From Bacillota bacterium (GTDB lineage: Bacteria > Bacillota > Clostridia > Christensenellales > CAG-138), in the NCBI GenBank assembly GCA_023426265.1, contig JAFABA010000121.1, forward strand, positions 1 through 53,696: a DNA stretch of 53,696 bases. Direction: 5' to 3'. This document shows, in pieces, positions 1 through 9,285 of this stretch (within the stretch, counting starts at the first letter, position 1; each line of letters begins with the position of its first letter). The translations under genes were made by a program, and so were the position numbers. Under the pieces are notes generated by a model. It worked only from the letters and a program-made list of their open reading frames with translations. It was not told where the DNA came from and made no database searches.

Positions 1-490
1 GCAGCCATTCGTTGTAAACGGAACTGCAGGAGCTTGTGAAATCCACAAGATGCACTTTGCCCAAAGCGCCGGAGGCGATAAGGTCTTTAATCTCCTGCAT
101 CACCGGCAGGAACACCGCCTTTTGCGCCTCGGCGATGAACCGGCCTTTTTCCTTGGCAAGCGCAAACAGCTCTTTTGCCTCCGCGCTGTTTAGGGTAAAG
201 GGCTTCTCGCATACCACATGGCGGCCATAGCTTAATGCCAGCTTGGAATAGCGGTAATGCTCGCTGTTGATGGGCGCAACGTAGATCACATCCAAGGTAT
301 TGTCGGCCAGCAATTCCTCGTAGCTTCCGTAGCTTTTTTCAATATTTAGCTCCGCCGCCTTTGCAGCCGCCTTTGCAGTACTTCGGGAAGCGATTGCCAC
401 GGCCTCGCCCGTTCCGGTTTCGCGCAGAGCGGCCACAAACCGGGGGACGATGGATGCGGTACTGAGTATTCCGTACCTGAGCTTTTCCAT
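1..490 (-). CDS. Gfo/Idh/MocA family oxidoreductase (N-terminal part; 3' end runs off the window)
   Basis: Reverse-strand translation from the ATG at 490 gives MEKLRYGILSTASIVPRFV...DVIYVAPINSEHY...VVCEKPF, i.e. the Rossmann N-terminus and EKP motif of this family. It starts 3 nt after the stop of the upstream paralog. It is absent from the ORF track because it is open at the window edge. Confidence 0.8.
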   Translation of the reverse strand, partial: MEKLRYGILSTASIVPRFVAALRETGTGEAVAIASRSTAKAAAKAAELNIEKSYGSYEELLADNTLDVIYVAPINSEHYRYSKLALSYGRHVVCEKPFTLNSAEAKELFALAKEKGRFIAEAQKAVFLPVMQEIKDLIASGALGKVHLVDFTSSCSSVYNEWL

Positions 491-493
491 ATG

Positions 494-1522
494 CTATTCC
501 TTTTCCTTCTCGATCGTAACGGTCTTGCCGGTTGCAACGCTTTTGTGTACGGCCTCGGCGATCTTTTCCGCCTCCAGGCCGTCCTTCGTACCAGCAACAA
601 AGGGTTCGCCGGTAATCAAGCAGCGAATGAAATCGTTGATCGGCTCCACGCAGAAGCCGAACGGGCGGCCGTTGTATTCCTGCAGGAAGTAGGAGTTGGG
701 GGTGCGATATTTCGCGTTGTCGAATATCTCCACGCCGCGGTTCTGGCTGTCGATGCGGAACAGCGCGTTCTCGCACAATATCTGGGTGCGGCCGTCGTTG
801 TTCTTCGCAAAGCCTTCGGGGTAGATCCAGCCGTTTTCAACCGTCCAGTAGCAGCCGTTCTCCATTTTTAAAAACGCTTGTACGGTATCCCAGGTGTCGA
901 TACCGCGGGATTTTAAAACTTCCTTCGTGCCCACGGCGAACACTTCCGTCACCTCAGAGCCCATGTACCAGCGGATCTGGTCGTAGCAATGCGTCCCCAG
1001 GAAGTGGACGGGGGAGGAGTTATCGGACCAGCTGAACCACTTGGTCGGCACGTCTATGATATCGTCCATATTCATATACCCGCGTATGGGCCTGCCCACA
1101 CCGGGTTTATTTAATTCGTTTTTGATCTGTATGGCCGCGGGGTCCCAGCGCTTGTGGTAATCAACCGCCACGCGTACCTTGTATTCCCGCTCCGCCGCGA
1201 TGATGGCGCGGGCGTCTTCTAACGTGGTGGCGAGCGGCTTTTCAATGAGCACATGCTTTCCGGCCTTGATGGCGGCCAGTGCGGGGGCGGCGTGGTAGCA
1301 ATCCGGCGTGGCGATGGATACGGCGTCAAGCTCTTCTTTGTTGAGCATATCCGCAACATCGGCGTATGTCCGAACATTATACTCCGAGCTGATTTTCGCG
1401 CGGAGCGCTTCGCTTAAATCACAGACCGCGACAAGCTCCACGCTATCGTTCCACTGGTAGGCGCGGATATGGTTGACGCCATAGATACCTGCGCCGATTA
1501 CGGCGACCTTCAGTTTTTTCAT
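494..1522 (-). CDS. Gfo/Idh/MocA family oxidoreductase
   Basis: 342-aa ORF. It has MKKLKVAVIGAGIYG (GxGxxG Rossmann), then LIEKPLA, and a C-terminal alpha/beta domain typical of the family. Confidence 0.85.
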   Translation of the reverse strand: MKKLKVAVIGAGIYGVNHIRAYQWNDSVELVAVCDLSEALRAKISSEYNVRTYADVADMLNKEELDAVSIATPDCYHAAPALAAIKAGKHVLIEKPLATTLEDARAIIAAEREYKVRVAVDYHKRWDPAAIQIKNELNKPGVGRPIRGYMNMDDIIDVPTKWFSWSDNSSPVHFLGTHCYDQIRWYMGSEVTEVFAVGTKEVLKSRGIDTWDTVQAFLKMENGCYWTVENGWIYPEGFAKNNDGRTQILCENALFRIDSQNRGVEIFDNAKYRTPNSYFLQEYNGRPFGFCVEPINDFIRCLITGEPFVAGTKDGLEAEKIAEAVHKSVATGKTVTIEKEKE

Positions 1523-1748
1523 TGCTGCCTCCCGCTATCTTTATCATTTATCATAACGCGTTGAAAAAATAAAAAACCAAATGTTCAAGGTTCATGTCGC
1601 CATGCCCCATAAAACTTTGGTTTTGCCTGCATTACCAGTGACAGCCCATTTTCTGTTGTTTGGAATTATGCCCATTATATCACTCGGCGCAGCCGGTTTC
1701 AATACGGCAAGGGGGCGGGATACTTCATAAATCGCGCCCATAAATGAA

Positions 1749-2088
1749 ATCAGGTCTCATCTCGAAGCCTTCTAATATTTCGGATTTTTTCGACCCAGGC
1801 TCTATCCAGCAGACGGGGAAAAAGACGGTTCATGCGCCATGCAGCTTTATGCGGCTTGGAAATATGATGATGTCTTTGTTCTTCTTAATACCCTCCAATA
1901 TGATTGAGGTTGCTTCAACTTTGCTCATGGCCTTTGCCGGCAGGCTGGCGAGACTTTCTCGTTGGATACGTTTGCGACCTTCATGTTTTTGTATATGTCG
2001 GTCTGAACATGCCCCGGGCATATCGTACTTACTTTGATCCCTGCCCCGCGCCGGTGACGATGGCGATTTTCCCCTGAAATTCATTCAT
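1749..2088 (-). pseudogene. Short-chain dehydrogenase/reductase (SDR) remnant with internal deletion and frameshifts
   Basis: The ATG at 2088 gives MNEFQGKIAIVTGAGQGSK and then a stop. The other two frames continue with SDR C-terminal pieces: ICPGHVQTDIYKNM, then MSKVEATSIILEGIKKNKDIIIFP, then WRMNRLFPRLLDRAWVEKI. The central catalytic part (YxxxK region) is missing. Confidence 0.7.
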
Positions 2089-2205
2089 TGCATTTTCCCT
2101 TTCCCATTCGCTATTGCGCAGTGTTTCAAACAGTTTCTTCAGGTTTTCCACTATGGTCGTTTTGTGCGGCGCAAAGAAATCTCGGGTTACTCCGGTAAAT
2201 TATTA

Positions 2206-2234
2206 TTGTGCTTCTATCTTTCAGGACGTATAAT
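2206..2234 (+). promoter_or_regulatory. Candidate sigma-A type promoter of the methyltransferase gene
   Basis: TTGTGC (2206-2211), a 17-nt spacer, then TATAAT (2229-2234), about 30 nt upstream of the start codon. Confidence 0.4.
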
Positions 2235-2262
2235 TGTTGCTAGTTTTACTTAAAGGGGGAAT

Positions 2263-2886
2263 ATGATAATTGTGACTGAAATTTTCAAACAAATTTCTTT
2301 GTATAGATTCTTGGCATATTGCAATGATATGAGCAATTTGGAAAAAGCAGTGTTGGATTGTGGCGCTGGTGGTGACCAGCCCCCACTAAGTCTTTTCTAT
2401 CAATCTGGATATCGAACTTATGGAATTGAGCTAAACAAAGAGCAATTAGAAAAATCTCAAGAATATGCTTTTCAAAAAAATCAAAATTTAAATATCGTAT
2501 CGGGAGATATGTGTGATTTGAAGTTTAGCGATTCATTTTTTCCATTCGTCTACTCTTACAATTCTGTGTTCCATATGAAAAAGTCATACGTAAATAGAGC
2601 AATTAATGAAATGAAGCGGGTTCTGAAGCCCCAAGGGCTATTATTTGTAAATTTCTTAAGCACAAATGATTTCCGCTGTGGTCTTGGGCCACAGGTTGGA
2701 AAAAACGAATATGAGCAAATGGACGATTTTCCTGTAATTCATTCTTATTATGAAAAAGATGAACCAGATGACTATTTTGAAAATATGGAGATATTATTTA
2801 AAGAGGATAGGGTTGTAGAAAGAATCTATGAAGGCAAAAAGATCCGCCAAGGCTTTATCGATTATATAGTCCAAAAACCCCTGTAA
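2263..2886 (+). CDS. Class I SAM-dependent methyltransferase
   Basis: 207-aa ORF with motif I VLDCGAGGD, a later acidic loop (GIEL) and a post-I/II pattern (VSGDM...FVYSYNSVFHM). A GGGGGA RBS precedes the ATG. The gene is visibly much more AT-rich than its flanks. Confidence 0.75.
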   Translation: MIIVTEIFKQISLYRFLAYCNDMSNLEKAVLDCGAGGDQPPLSLFYQSGYRTYGIELNKEQLEKSQEYAFQKNQNLNIVSGDMCDLKFSDSFFPFVYSYNSVFHMKKSYVNRAINEMKRVLKPQGLLFVNFLSTNDFRCGLGPQVGKNEYEQMDDFPVIHSYYEKDEPDDYFENMEILFKEDRVVERIYEGKKIRQGFIDYIVQKPL

Positions 2887-2943
2887 CTTAGTCCTTTTTG
2901 ATAATTGCACAGTATGACATAATAGGAATTTAATTGCTATAAA

Positions 2944-2965
2944 AGCCGCCTCTTTAAGGGCGGCT
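2944..2965 (-). terminator. Rho-independent terminator (araD 3' end)
   Basis: 7-bp stem AGCCGCC/GGCGGCT with an 8-nt loop. On the minus strand it is followed by TTTTAT. Confidence 0.55.
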
Positions 2966-3022
2966 CGTACATACGTCTGACCTAACGGCGGTCCGCCAGC
3001 GCGTCAAGGATGCTGCAACCAG

Positions 3023-3724
3023 TCATTTTCGGCTCTCCTGCCCATAGTACGCGCCCACGCCGTGCTTGCGGAAGAAGTGTTTATGCATCAACTCCTGCTG
3101 CATGGACGGAAGCGTTCCGCCCGATATGGAAAGCGCGTGCCAGGCCATCATGGCTACTTCCTCCAGCACTACGGCATTGTGCACCGCGTCCGAAGGGGAC
3201 TTGCCCCACGCGAAGGGGCCGTGGCTGTGCACCAAAACAGCGGGCGTATATTCCGGATTGGCCTCGGCGAGCCGCTCCACAATAACATTGCCCGTTTCGG
3301 CCTCGTATTCCCCGGCGATCTCGGCGGGCGTCATGAGGCGCGTGCAGGGGATATCGCCCAAAAAGTAATCCGCACCCGTGGTGCCGAGAGCGGGGATACT
3401 GAGCCCCGCCTGCGAAAATATGGTGGCCCAACGGCTGTGCGTGTGCACGATTCCGCCGATATTCGGGAACGCGCGGTACAAACAGACATGCGTGGGCGTA
3501 TCCGAGGAAGGACGCAGGGCGCCTTCCACAACAATTCCATTTAGGTCCACCACCACCATATCGTCCGCAGTCATATGCTTGTACTCCACGCCCGAGGGCT
3601 TGATGACAATGAGGCCTTTTTCCCGGTCTAGCCCGGATACGTTGCCCCATGTGAATGTCACTAAGGAGTACTTGGGCAAGAGCAGGTTTGCTTCCAGCAC
3701 ACGTTGCTTTAATTCTTCCAGCAT
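3023..3724 (-). CDS. araD: L-ribulose-5-phosphate 4-epimerase (class II aldolase/adducin family)
   Basis: 233 aa. [31 protein letters not shown]...IKPSGV...[11 protein letters not shown]...GGIVHTHS...GPFAWG is a near-textbook AraD sequence. An AGAGGAGAA RBS is present. Confidence 0.9.
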   Translation of the reverse strand: MLEELKQRVLEANLLLPKYSLVTFTWGNVSGLDREKGLIVIKPSGVEYKHMTADDMVVVDLNGIVVEGALRPSSDTPTHVCLYRAFPNIGGIVHTHSRWATIFSQAGLSIPALGTTGADYFLGDIPCTRLMTPAEIAGEYEAETGNVIVERLAEANPEYTPAVLVHSHGPFAWGKSPSDAVHNAVVLEEVAMMAWHALSISGGTLPSMQQELMHKHFFRKHGVGAYYGQESRK

Positions 3725-4112
3725 ACTTTTCTCCTCTTTTATTATACGTTCGGTCAGCCTCTGGGGGGAAACAGCGCTCTAATGGCGCATTTGTGTTTTT
3801 GGCAAAAGGCGTTGTCGCAGTTGCGTGACACATCTGCGTTGACAATAGTATATACCGGGATTATCGTATGGACAATCCGATATGTTTGACCTATCGTCCG
3901 GCAACCCGGAAATTGCGGCGGTCTGCTTATTCGTTTTCTGGATCATAAGCACGGCAAGCCGGAAAAAAGAAAGCGCTGTATTGCAGGCGAGGGAAAAGAA
4001 TTCAAAGCGCGGCCCGGTATCTTAACGGATGCCGGGCTCTTCGTATACAATCTTCTTCATCGGAGATATAATAGTGCTGTTCTACCCATTTATTTGGAAA
4101 GAGGTTACAAGG

Positions 4113-4754
4113 GTGAAGCGTTTTGAGCAAGTTGCGGCGCCGCTTGGCATGGCCGGGGTCGTATTCTATCTCATCCATACGGGGTTGGGCAGGATTCTTT
4201 GGCCGGAATATAACCCCGTCACAATGGACATCAGTTCCCTTACTGCCCAGAACGCGCCGAACGCGGACCTTCTTCGGGTGTTTACCACGATTTACGGAAT
4301 CTGCATGCTTGTGTTCGTCGCGGGCATGATAGCGAAAGCCTTCCGCCAATACAACAGGGCGGTTCGCGCCGGGTATCTCATTTTGATAGCCATGGAGCTT
4401 GTATCCGTGTTCGGGTACGCGCTGTTCCCGCTGACAGGGGACAAAACTGTGATGACGTTTCAGAATATGATGCATATCGTGGTCACGGTGATCGTCGTGT
4501 TTACGACAATCGCATCCGGGTTCTTCCTGGCGGCGGGGTACCGGAAAGAGGCGGGTACAAGGAAGCTGGGCAATTTCCTGCTCGTCATGGCCATACTCAT
4601 CACCGTAGCGGGAATGTCAAACCCTATCGGTATGGGAGCAGGGCTCAATATACTGGGCCTGACGGAACGGCTTGTAATCTATTCCGTGCAGCTGATGATA
4701 TTCGTGCTTTCCGCCTATTACACATTCGGGCGGCGGGAAGCCATTAGCCGCTGA
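4113..4754 (+). CDS. DUF998-like multi-pass membrane protein
   Basis: Six or so hydrophobic segments. The motif GRILWPEYNPVTMDISSLTA resembles the DUF998 'PgYsp..q.iSeL' region. The ORF is open from 4029, but the GTG at 4113 has an AGAGG RBS, so the start is uncertain. Confidence 0.5.
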   Translation: MKRFEQVAAPLGMAGVVFYLIHTGLGRILWPEYNPVTMDISSLTAQNAPNADLLRVFTTIYGICMLVFVAGMIAKAFRQYNRAVRAGYLILIAMELVSVFGYALFPLTGDKTVMTFQNMMHIVVTVIVVFTTIASGFFLAAGYRKEAGTRKLGNFLLVMAILITVAGMSNPIGMGAGLNILGLTERLVIYSVQLMIFVLSAYYTFGRREAISR

Positions 4755-4919
4755 CAAAGTTCTTCAGGCTATCAGCGGGTTTCTGTAGGTGAAAGTGCGC
4801 TGTTGTACTTTCCAGATTGCGCCTTATAATAGATACTAATGCGCAAATGGTGCAGGAGAATTCAAAACGCTGGGAGATAAGGAATAATCCAAACATCTTA
4901 CGCGTATGAAACAGGAAGC

Positions 4920-6122
4920 ATGAAGAAGGGAAAGTTCGGCATGACAGACCTGTTGATGAGGCTGTTTCTCAAAATAAAGCAGGATGAGGATACGGCGCGC
5001 AGGCGGCAGCGCTATGGCAATTTTGCAAGCATTGTGGGCGTTGTTTCAAACCTGCTGCTTTTTATTATGAAAATCCTCATAGGCCTCGCATCCGCCAGCG
5101 TTTCCATCATTGCGGACGCCGTGAACAGCCTCTCGGATTCGGCTTCTTCTTTTATTACGCTGTTCGGGTTTAAATTTTCATCAAAACCCGCGGACGCAGA
5201 CCACCCGTACGGCCATGCCCGCATGGAGTACATTTCCGGTCTGATCGTTTCGGTGCTCATTCTGTTCTTCGGGTTGCAGCTTCTGCAAAACTCGGTGCAA
5301 AAAATCATACATCCCGCGCCGGTGCATTTTGAACTGATTACGCTGGTCATACTCACACTTTCCATACTCATAAAGGTGTGGCAATGCCTGTTTTACCGGA
5401 AAATCGGCCATCTGATGAACTCCATCACGCTGCTTGCGGCTTCGGTGGACAGCCGGAACGATATCCTTTCGTCCTCCGCCGTGCTGCTCGCGGTGGCAGT
5501 TACCCGCCTGACAGGGCTTGATCTCGACGGCTACATGGGGGCCGTCGTCGCCGTGCTCATACTGTGGAGCGGCGTGAAGATGGTAAAGGATTCTGGCAGC
5601 ATTTTGTTGGGCACCGCGCCCACCAGGGAACTGGTGGACAGCATCTATAAAAGGATACTTGGTTACGAGCACATTATTGGCCTGCATGATTTAAGCGTGC
5701 ACAGCTATGGCGCGAACAAATGCTTCGCTTCCGTGCATTGCGAGGTCCCCGCCGAGCAGGATATCATGCTCAGCCACGATATCATAGACAACATCGAGCG
5801 CGATTTCTTAAAGGAATACGGCATCCATCTGGTCATCCACCTGGACCCGGTCGTTACAAACGATGCGCGCACGAACGAATTAAAAGCGAAGTTGGAGCAG
5901 CTGATCGCCGACCTCCCGCTCGACATCAGCATGCACGATTTCCGGGTGGTGTGGGGCATCAGCCATACGAACCTTATATTCGACGTCGTCGTGCCGTTTA
6001 ACGCCGACTGGAGTGACGAAAAGCTGATTGCCCATATGGCCGATGAAATCAGGAAGCTGGACCCGACCTATCACAGTGTTATCACCGTGGACCACACCTA
6101 CGTTCCGCACACGAAAGGATAA
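4920..6122 (+). CDS. Cation diffusion facilitator (CDF) family divalent-metal efflux transporter
   Basis: 400 aa. It has IIADAVNSLSDSASS (TM2 metal site), HPYGHARMEY, DSRNDILSS (TM5 site) and a C-terminal cytoplasmic domain (HDLSVHSYG...VHCEV). An alternative start is at 4941. Confidence 0.85.
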   Translation: MKKGKFGMTDLLMRLFLKIKQDEDTARRRQRYGNFASIVGVVSNLLLFIMKILIGLASASVSIIADAVNSLSDSASSFITLFGFKFSSKPADADHPYGHARMEYISGLIVSVLILFFGLQLLQNSVQKIIHPAPVHFELITLVILTLSILIKVWQCLFYRKIGHLMNSITLLAASVDSRNDILSSSAVLLAVAVTRLTGLDLDGYMGAVVAVLILWSGVKMVKDSGSILLGTAPTRELVDSIYKRILGYEHIIGLHDLSVHSYGANKCFASVHCEVPAEQDIMLSHDIIDNIERDFLKEYGIHLVIHLDPVVTNDARTNELKAKLEQLIADLPLDISMHDFRVVWGISHTNLIFDVVVPFNADWSDEKLIAHMADEIRKLDPTYHSVITVDHTYVPHTKG

Positions 6123-6142
6123 TCTGCTTTTGTAATATAAAA

Positions 6143-6170
6143 ATCCCCGCCGGGTCGGCCCGGCGGGGAT
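6143..6170. terminator. Bidirectional rho-independent terminator
   Basis: 12-bp GC-rich stem ATCCCCGCCGGG/CCCGGCGGGGAT with loop TCGG. It is flanked by an A-run on the left (T-run on the minus strand) and lies between convergent genes. Confidence 0.75.
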
Positions 6171-6195
6171 TTCCAGTATAAGCTGGATTAGCCTG

Positions 6196-8166
6196 CTATT
6201 GGGCGTCTTCTCCCGAGGCAGCCGCATACAGCTCCCGATAGAGCTCCTCCTGCATATATGTCCACATGCCGGTTTCTCCCGCCTGCATGCAGGGCTTTCC
6301 GTCCTGCAGGAAAATATAATACGTGGTGGCCGGTTCCCCTTCCGCAATGCTGGTATACAACTCGATACGCGCCTCAAACGACTCCACATCTACAGCAGGC
6401 GAGGCGGCGGAACGGATCATATGGTCCCAGACGACGCGCTGCGCCAAATCCTGATAGTCCGGATTGTCCTTTATAGAAACGGCGCGCACGGCTTTGCCGC
6501 CCTGTATCAGAGTGATGGCAGCGTCTTCCGCAACCGCTGCGGTTGGCGATGGTTCGGCTTCCGTAGTAACCTCGTTTTGCACGGCGGAGCCGGGCGAGGC
6601 TTCGGGCTCAACTGGATCCCGGATAACGGCAGCTTGCTCCGCTTGCAGCGCCGCCGCATCCTTTGTGGAGAACACGCATTTGAACAGGCAGATGTATTCA
6701 TGTTTTCCGATATGCTCGGGACTTTCCATAAGGAACTGGCAGTCATAGGAGAGAAGGGTATCGCCTTCGCCAAACACCACGTTTCCCAGCAGGATCGGTT
6801 CGTTAGCGGCAATGGGCCATGTTCCGTCCTCCTCGCCATAAAAAAGGAACGAAGCCGCACTGGAAGTCGGGACAAAGTCCGGCGGCAATTTAGAGTAGAA
6901 AGTAACCAAATCGCCGGAGGTTTCATCCGGAACCCTCAGAACCGTCCAACTTAGCCCGCTCATATTTCGGGCACTGGAATAGATACCGCCATAGGTTACG
7001 CTTTCTGAAATGGTAAAATTCCCCTCACGCCTATCCACGGGAAGGACGACATTGCCAAACGTGCCATAATATACGCCCTCGCGCCAGCCTTCCACATACA
7101 GCCGCACGCTTTTGATGGAAGGATCCACATGGTAGCTGTAGCGGTAATCTGCATCTTCGGGCAGCGTGGAAAGTTCCTTACGTTCGGCCTGCGTGATTGG
7201 CGTTTCGGTGATGGTGTTTACGGGCAGGGTGGGGGAGAGCGGGTTCAAAAGCAGCAGCACGGCTGCCGTCGCCGCAAGCGCAATGCCCACGGCCGCCATC
7301 CAGAATACAGGCTTTTTATATTGGAGCACATTCTTTATGCGAAGCTTCGTGTTGCTTTCCCCAAACGCAAGGGGAGCGAGAAGCGCCCCGCGCGAGATGG
7401 AGACTGCTAAAAGCGTGTTCGAGTATGCTTGCCGGATATCCTCCCCGGCGTTTTTTAACACCCGTTCATCGCAGGAAAGCTCCATATCCCGGCTAAAACA
7501 ATGATAGGCGAGATAGACGAGCGGGTTGAACCAGTGGAGTGCCAACACGAGGAAAGAGAGCGGCTTCCACAGGTGGTCGAGCCGTTTGATATGCATACGC
7601 TCGTGCAGCAGCACATGCGAAAGCTCCTTAGAAGCAAGCCCGGACGGCACATAGATCTTCGGGCGGAACACGCCGAACACAAACGCCGTGCCGATCCGGT
7701 CGCTTTCATATACGCCCGGCTCTAAAAGCGTAGCGAACCGGATGCGCCGATAAAACCGCAGCGTGGAGCACAGGGCATAAACGAGCATCGCGGCTATGCC
7801 CAAAGCCCATACCCAACCCCAAATCCACAGCGCGATCTGCGCCGGGTTGGCGGAAGCATAAGGCGCTGGGGACATGCTGTCTGCCAGCACGGGGTTGACC
7901 GCGGTGTTGAGCACGGGAATCCCAGTGTACACGGCAGGCGTTTGCGTCGTCAGGAATTCAGGCGGCACCGGTTCCACGCTGGGGATGAGCGCCAGTGCGC
8001 TTTCGAAGGAAAACGGGCAGACCAATCTGAACAATACGGCTGCCCACAGCGCATAGGAAATCCACTTCGGCGCTTTTTTCAACAGCAGGCGCAGTATGAG
8101 CACGGCGAGGATTACGACGCCGCCTGTATAGCTGATGTTGAGTATGACCCGGAATACTTGCTCCAT
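6196..8166 (-). CDS. BlaR1/MecR1-type M56 family membrane metalloprotease (signal transducer) with non-PBP C-terminal domain
   Basis: 656 aa. It has N-terminal TM segments and the HEXXH motif in LLHERMHIKRLDH. Its start overlaps the stop of the upstream BlaI-like gene. The roughly 340-aa extracytoplasmic C-terminal part shows no SxxK/penicillin-binding motifs that I can see. Confidence 0.75.
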   Translation of the reverse strand: MEQVFRVILNISYTGGVVILAVLILRLLLKKAPKWISYALWAAVLFRLVCPFSFESALALIPSVEPVPPEFLTTQTPAVYTGIPVLNTAVNPVLADSMSPAPYASANPAQIALWIWGWVWALGIAAMLVYALCSTLRFYRRIRFATLLEPGVYESDRIGTAFVFGVFRPKIYVPSGLASKELSHVLLHERMHIKRLDHLWKPLSFLVLALHWFNPLVYLAYHCFSRDMELSCDERVLKNAGEDIRQAYSNTLLAVSISRGALLAPLAFGESNTKLRIKNVLQYKKPVFWMAAVGIALAATAAVLLLLNPLSPTLPVNTITETPITQAERKELSTLPEDADYRYSYHVDPSIKSVRLYVEGWREGVYYGTFGNVVLPVDRREGNFTISESVTYGGIYSSARNMSGLSWTVLRVPDETSGDLVTFYSKLPPDFVPTSSAASFLFYGEEDGTWPIAANEPILLGNVVFGEGDTLLSYDCQFLMESPEHIGKHEYICLFKCVFSTKDAAALQAEQAAVIRDPVEPEASPGSAVQNEVTTEAEPSPTAAVAEDAAITLIQGGKAVRAVSIKDNPDYQDLAQRVVWDHMIRSAASPAVDVESFEARIELYTSIAEGEPATTYYIFLQDGKPCMQAGETGMWTYMQEELYRELYAAASGEDAQ

Positions 8167-8522
8167 TAGCGTTCCGCCTCCTCGATCATGCGTTTTAGCG
8201 CCAAAGCTTCCGCCGCAGTCAGCTTCCGGTCCCTGAGATACGCCGCAAGGAAAGCGGGGACGGACCCTGCGTAGCTTTTTTCAATCAGCTCCTCGCTTTC
8301 GTGCCGCGCCACTTCCTCCCGCGTCACGCAGGAACGCACAGTCGCGTTTTCGTTTACCACAAAACCCCGTTCCGCGAGACGCCTGATCATGTTGTAGGTG
8401 GTGGATTTTTTCCAGCCCAGGGCGGAAAGCGCAAGCCTGCTTAGTTCCGTGGAGTTGACAGGCTCCGCCTCCCAGATGATGTTCAAAAACCGTCGCTCCG
8501 CGTCAAACAGCCTGTAATCCAT
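8166..8522 (-). CDS. BlaI/MecI/CopY family transcriptional repressor
   Basis: The winged-helix N-terminus (ERRFLNIIWEAEPVNSTELSRLA...KKSTTYNMIRRLAERGFV) plus a C-terminal dimerisation helix are typical of the family. The ATG at 8522 has a GGAGGTG RBS. The track ORF extends to 8540. Confidence 0.8.
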   Translation of the reverse strand: MDYRLFDAERRFLNIIWEAEPVNSTELSRLALSALGWKKSTTYNMIRRLAERGFVVNENATVRSCVTREEVARHESEELIEKSYAGSVPAFLAAYLRDRKLTAAEALALKRMIEEAER

Positions 8523-8542
8523 CCCGCACCTCCAAAACACGT

Positions 8543-8579
8543 GGTTTGTCTTGATAGACCTAGTTTAACACGACAAACC
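8543..8579. promoter_or_regulatory. Candidate BlaI-type operator (inverted repeat) in the blaI/GNAT divergent region
   Basis: Perfect 8-bp inverted repeat GGTTTGTC (8543-8550) / GACAAACC (8572-8579), each arm adjacent to AACACG, about 20 nt upstream of the blaI-like start. Confidence 0.3.
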
Positions 8580-8681
8580 TCCTTATACAAGCACGTTTTA
8601 GAAAGAAATATAATCGTATCGTCCGGCAGCCAGAATGGAGTTGCATATCCTGCATCGGTGCGATACCTTTATGAGAGAAAA

Positions 8682-9239
8682 ATGAAAGGCAATTTTATGA
8701 TGATCGAAACAGAAAGGCTCATCACCCGGCGTTTTTGCGGGGAGGATTGGGAGGACCTGTACGCCTATCTTTCCGATCCCGGCGTTGTGCGCTTTGAGCC
8801 ATATGCGCCTTTTCATGCGGAGCAGTGTAAGCAGGAAGCCCAAAGACGGGAAGATGACGAAGCCTTTTGGGCGGTCTGTCTCAAAGAAAACGGCAGGCTG
8901 ATCGGGAACCTCTATTTTTCACGGCAGGCGGATGATACATGGGAGCTCGGCTTCGTGTTCAACGCCGCTTATCAGGGGAAAGGCTATGCCATGGAAAGCG
9001 CCCGTGCGCTTTTGGACCGTGCCTTTTCGAAATGGGAGGCACAGCGCGTAATCGCGCAGTGCAACCCGGAAAATAAAAAATCATGGAGGCTGCTTGAGCG
9101 TTTGGGTATGCGGCGGGAGCGGCATTTGATACAAAACGTCTCATTTCATAAAGACGTATCCGGTAATCCGATCTATGTGGATACCTATGAATATGAGCTA
9201 CTGTGCGGGGAATGGGAGCCTAACCGAATGAACAGCTAG
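8682..9239 (+). CDS. GNAT family N-acetyltransferase (RimJ/RimL-like)
   Basis: It begins IETERLITRRF..EDWEDLYAYLSDP, has the acetyl-CoA loop QGKGYAMES, and ends NPENKKSWRLLERLGMRRE. The start is uncertain (8682 or 8697); the track ORF from 8541 is probably over-extended. Confidence 0.75.
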   Translation: MKGNFMMIETERLITRRFCGEDWEDLYAYLSDPGVVRFEPYAPFHAEQCKQEAQRREDDEAFWAVCLKENGRLIGNLYFSRQADDTWELGFVFNAAYQGKGYAMESARALLDRAFSKWEAQRVIAQCNPENKKSWRLLERLGMRRERHLIQNVSFHKDVSGNPIYVDTYEYELLCGEWEPNRMNS

Positions 9240-9240
9240 A

Positions 9241-9270
9241 AAAAACCGGCCGCAATGCGGCCGGTTTTTT
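9241..9270. terminator. Bidirectional rho-independent terminator
   Basis: AAAAA-CCGGCCGC-AAT-GCGGCCGG-TTTTTT, a perfect 8-bp GC stem between convergent genes. Confidence 0.85.
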
Positions 9271-9285
9271 CTATAAGGGCAAAAT

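Noticed and set aside
1744-2084. Track ORFs 1744-2037(+) and 1830-2084(-) in the SDR remnant region.
   Set aside because: The minus ORF is just one frame-fragment of the decayed SDR gene and the plus ORF is its antisense shadow. Neither is an independent intact gene.
8541-8681. N-terminal extension of the GNAT ORF (track start 8541) and of other track ORFs (19245, 22673, 27161, 35303, 37483, 38138, 41264, 47375, 51434).
   Set aside because: In each case an internal ATG or GTG preceded by a good RBS coincides with the conserved N-terminus of the protein family. The upstream extension also overlaps the preceding gene or intergenic regulatory DNA.
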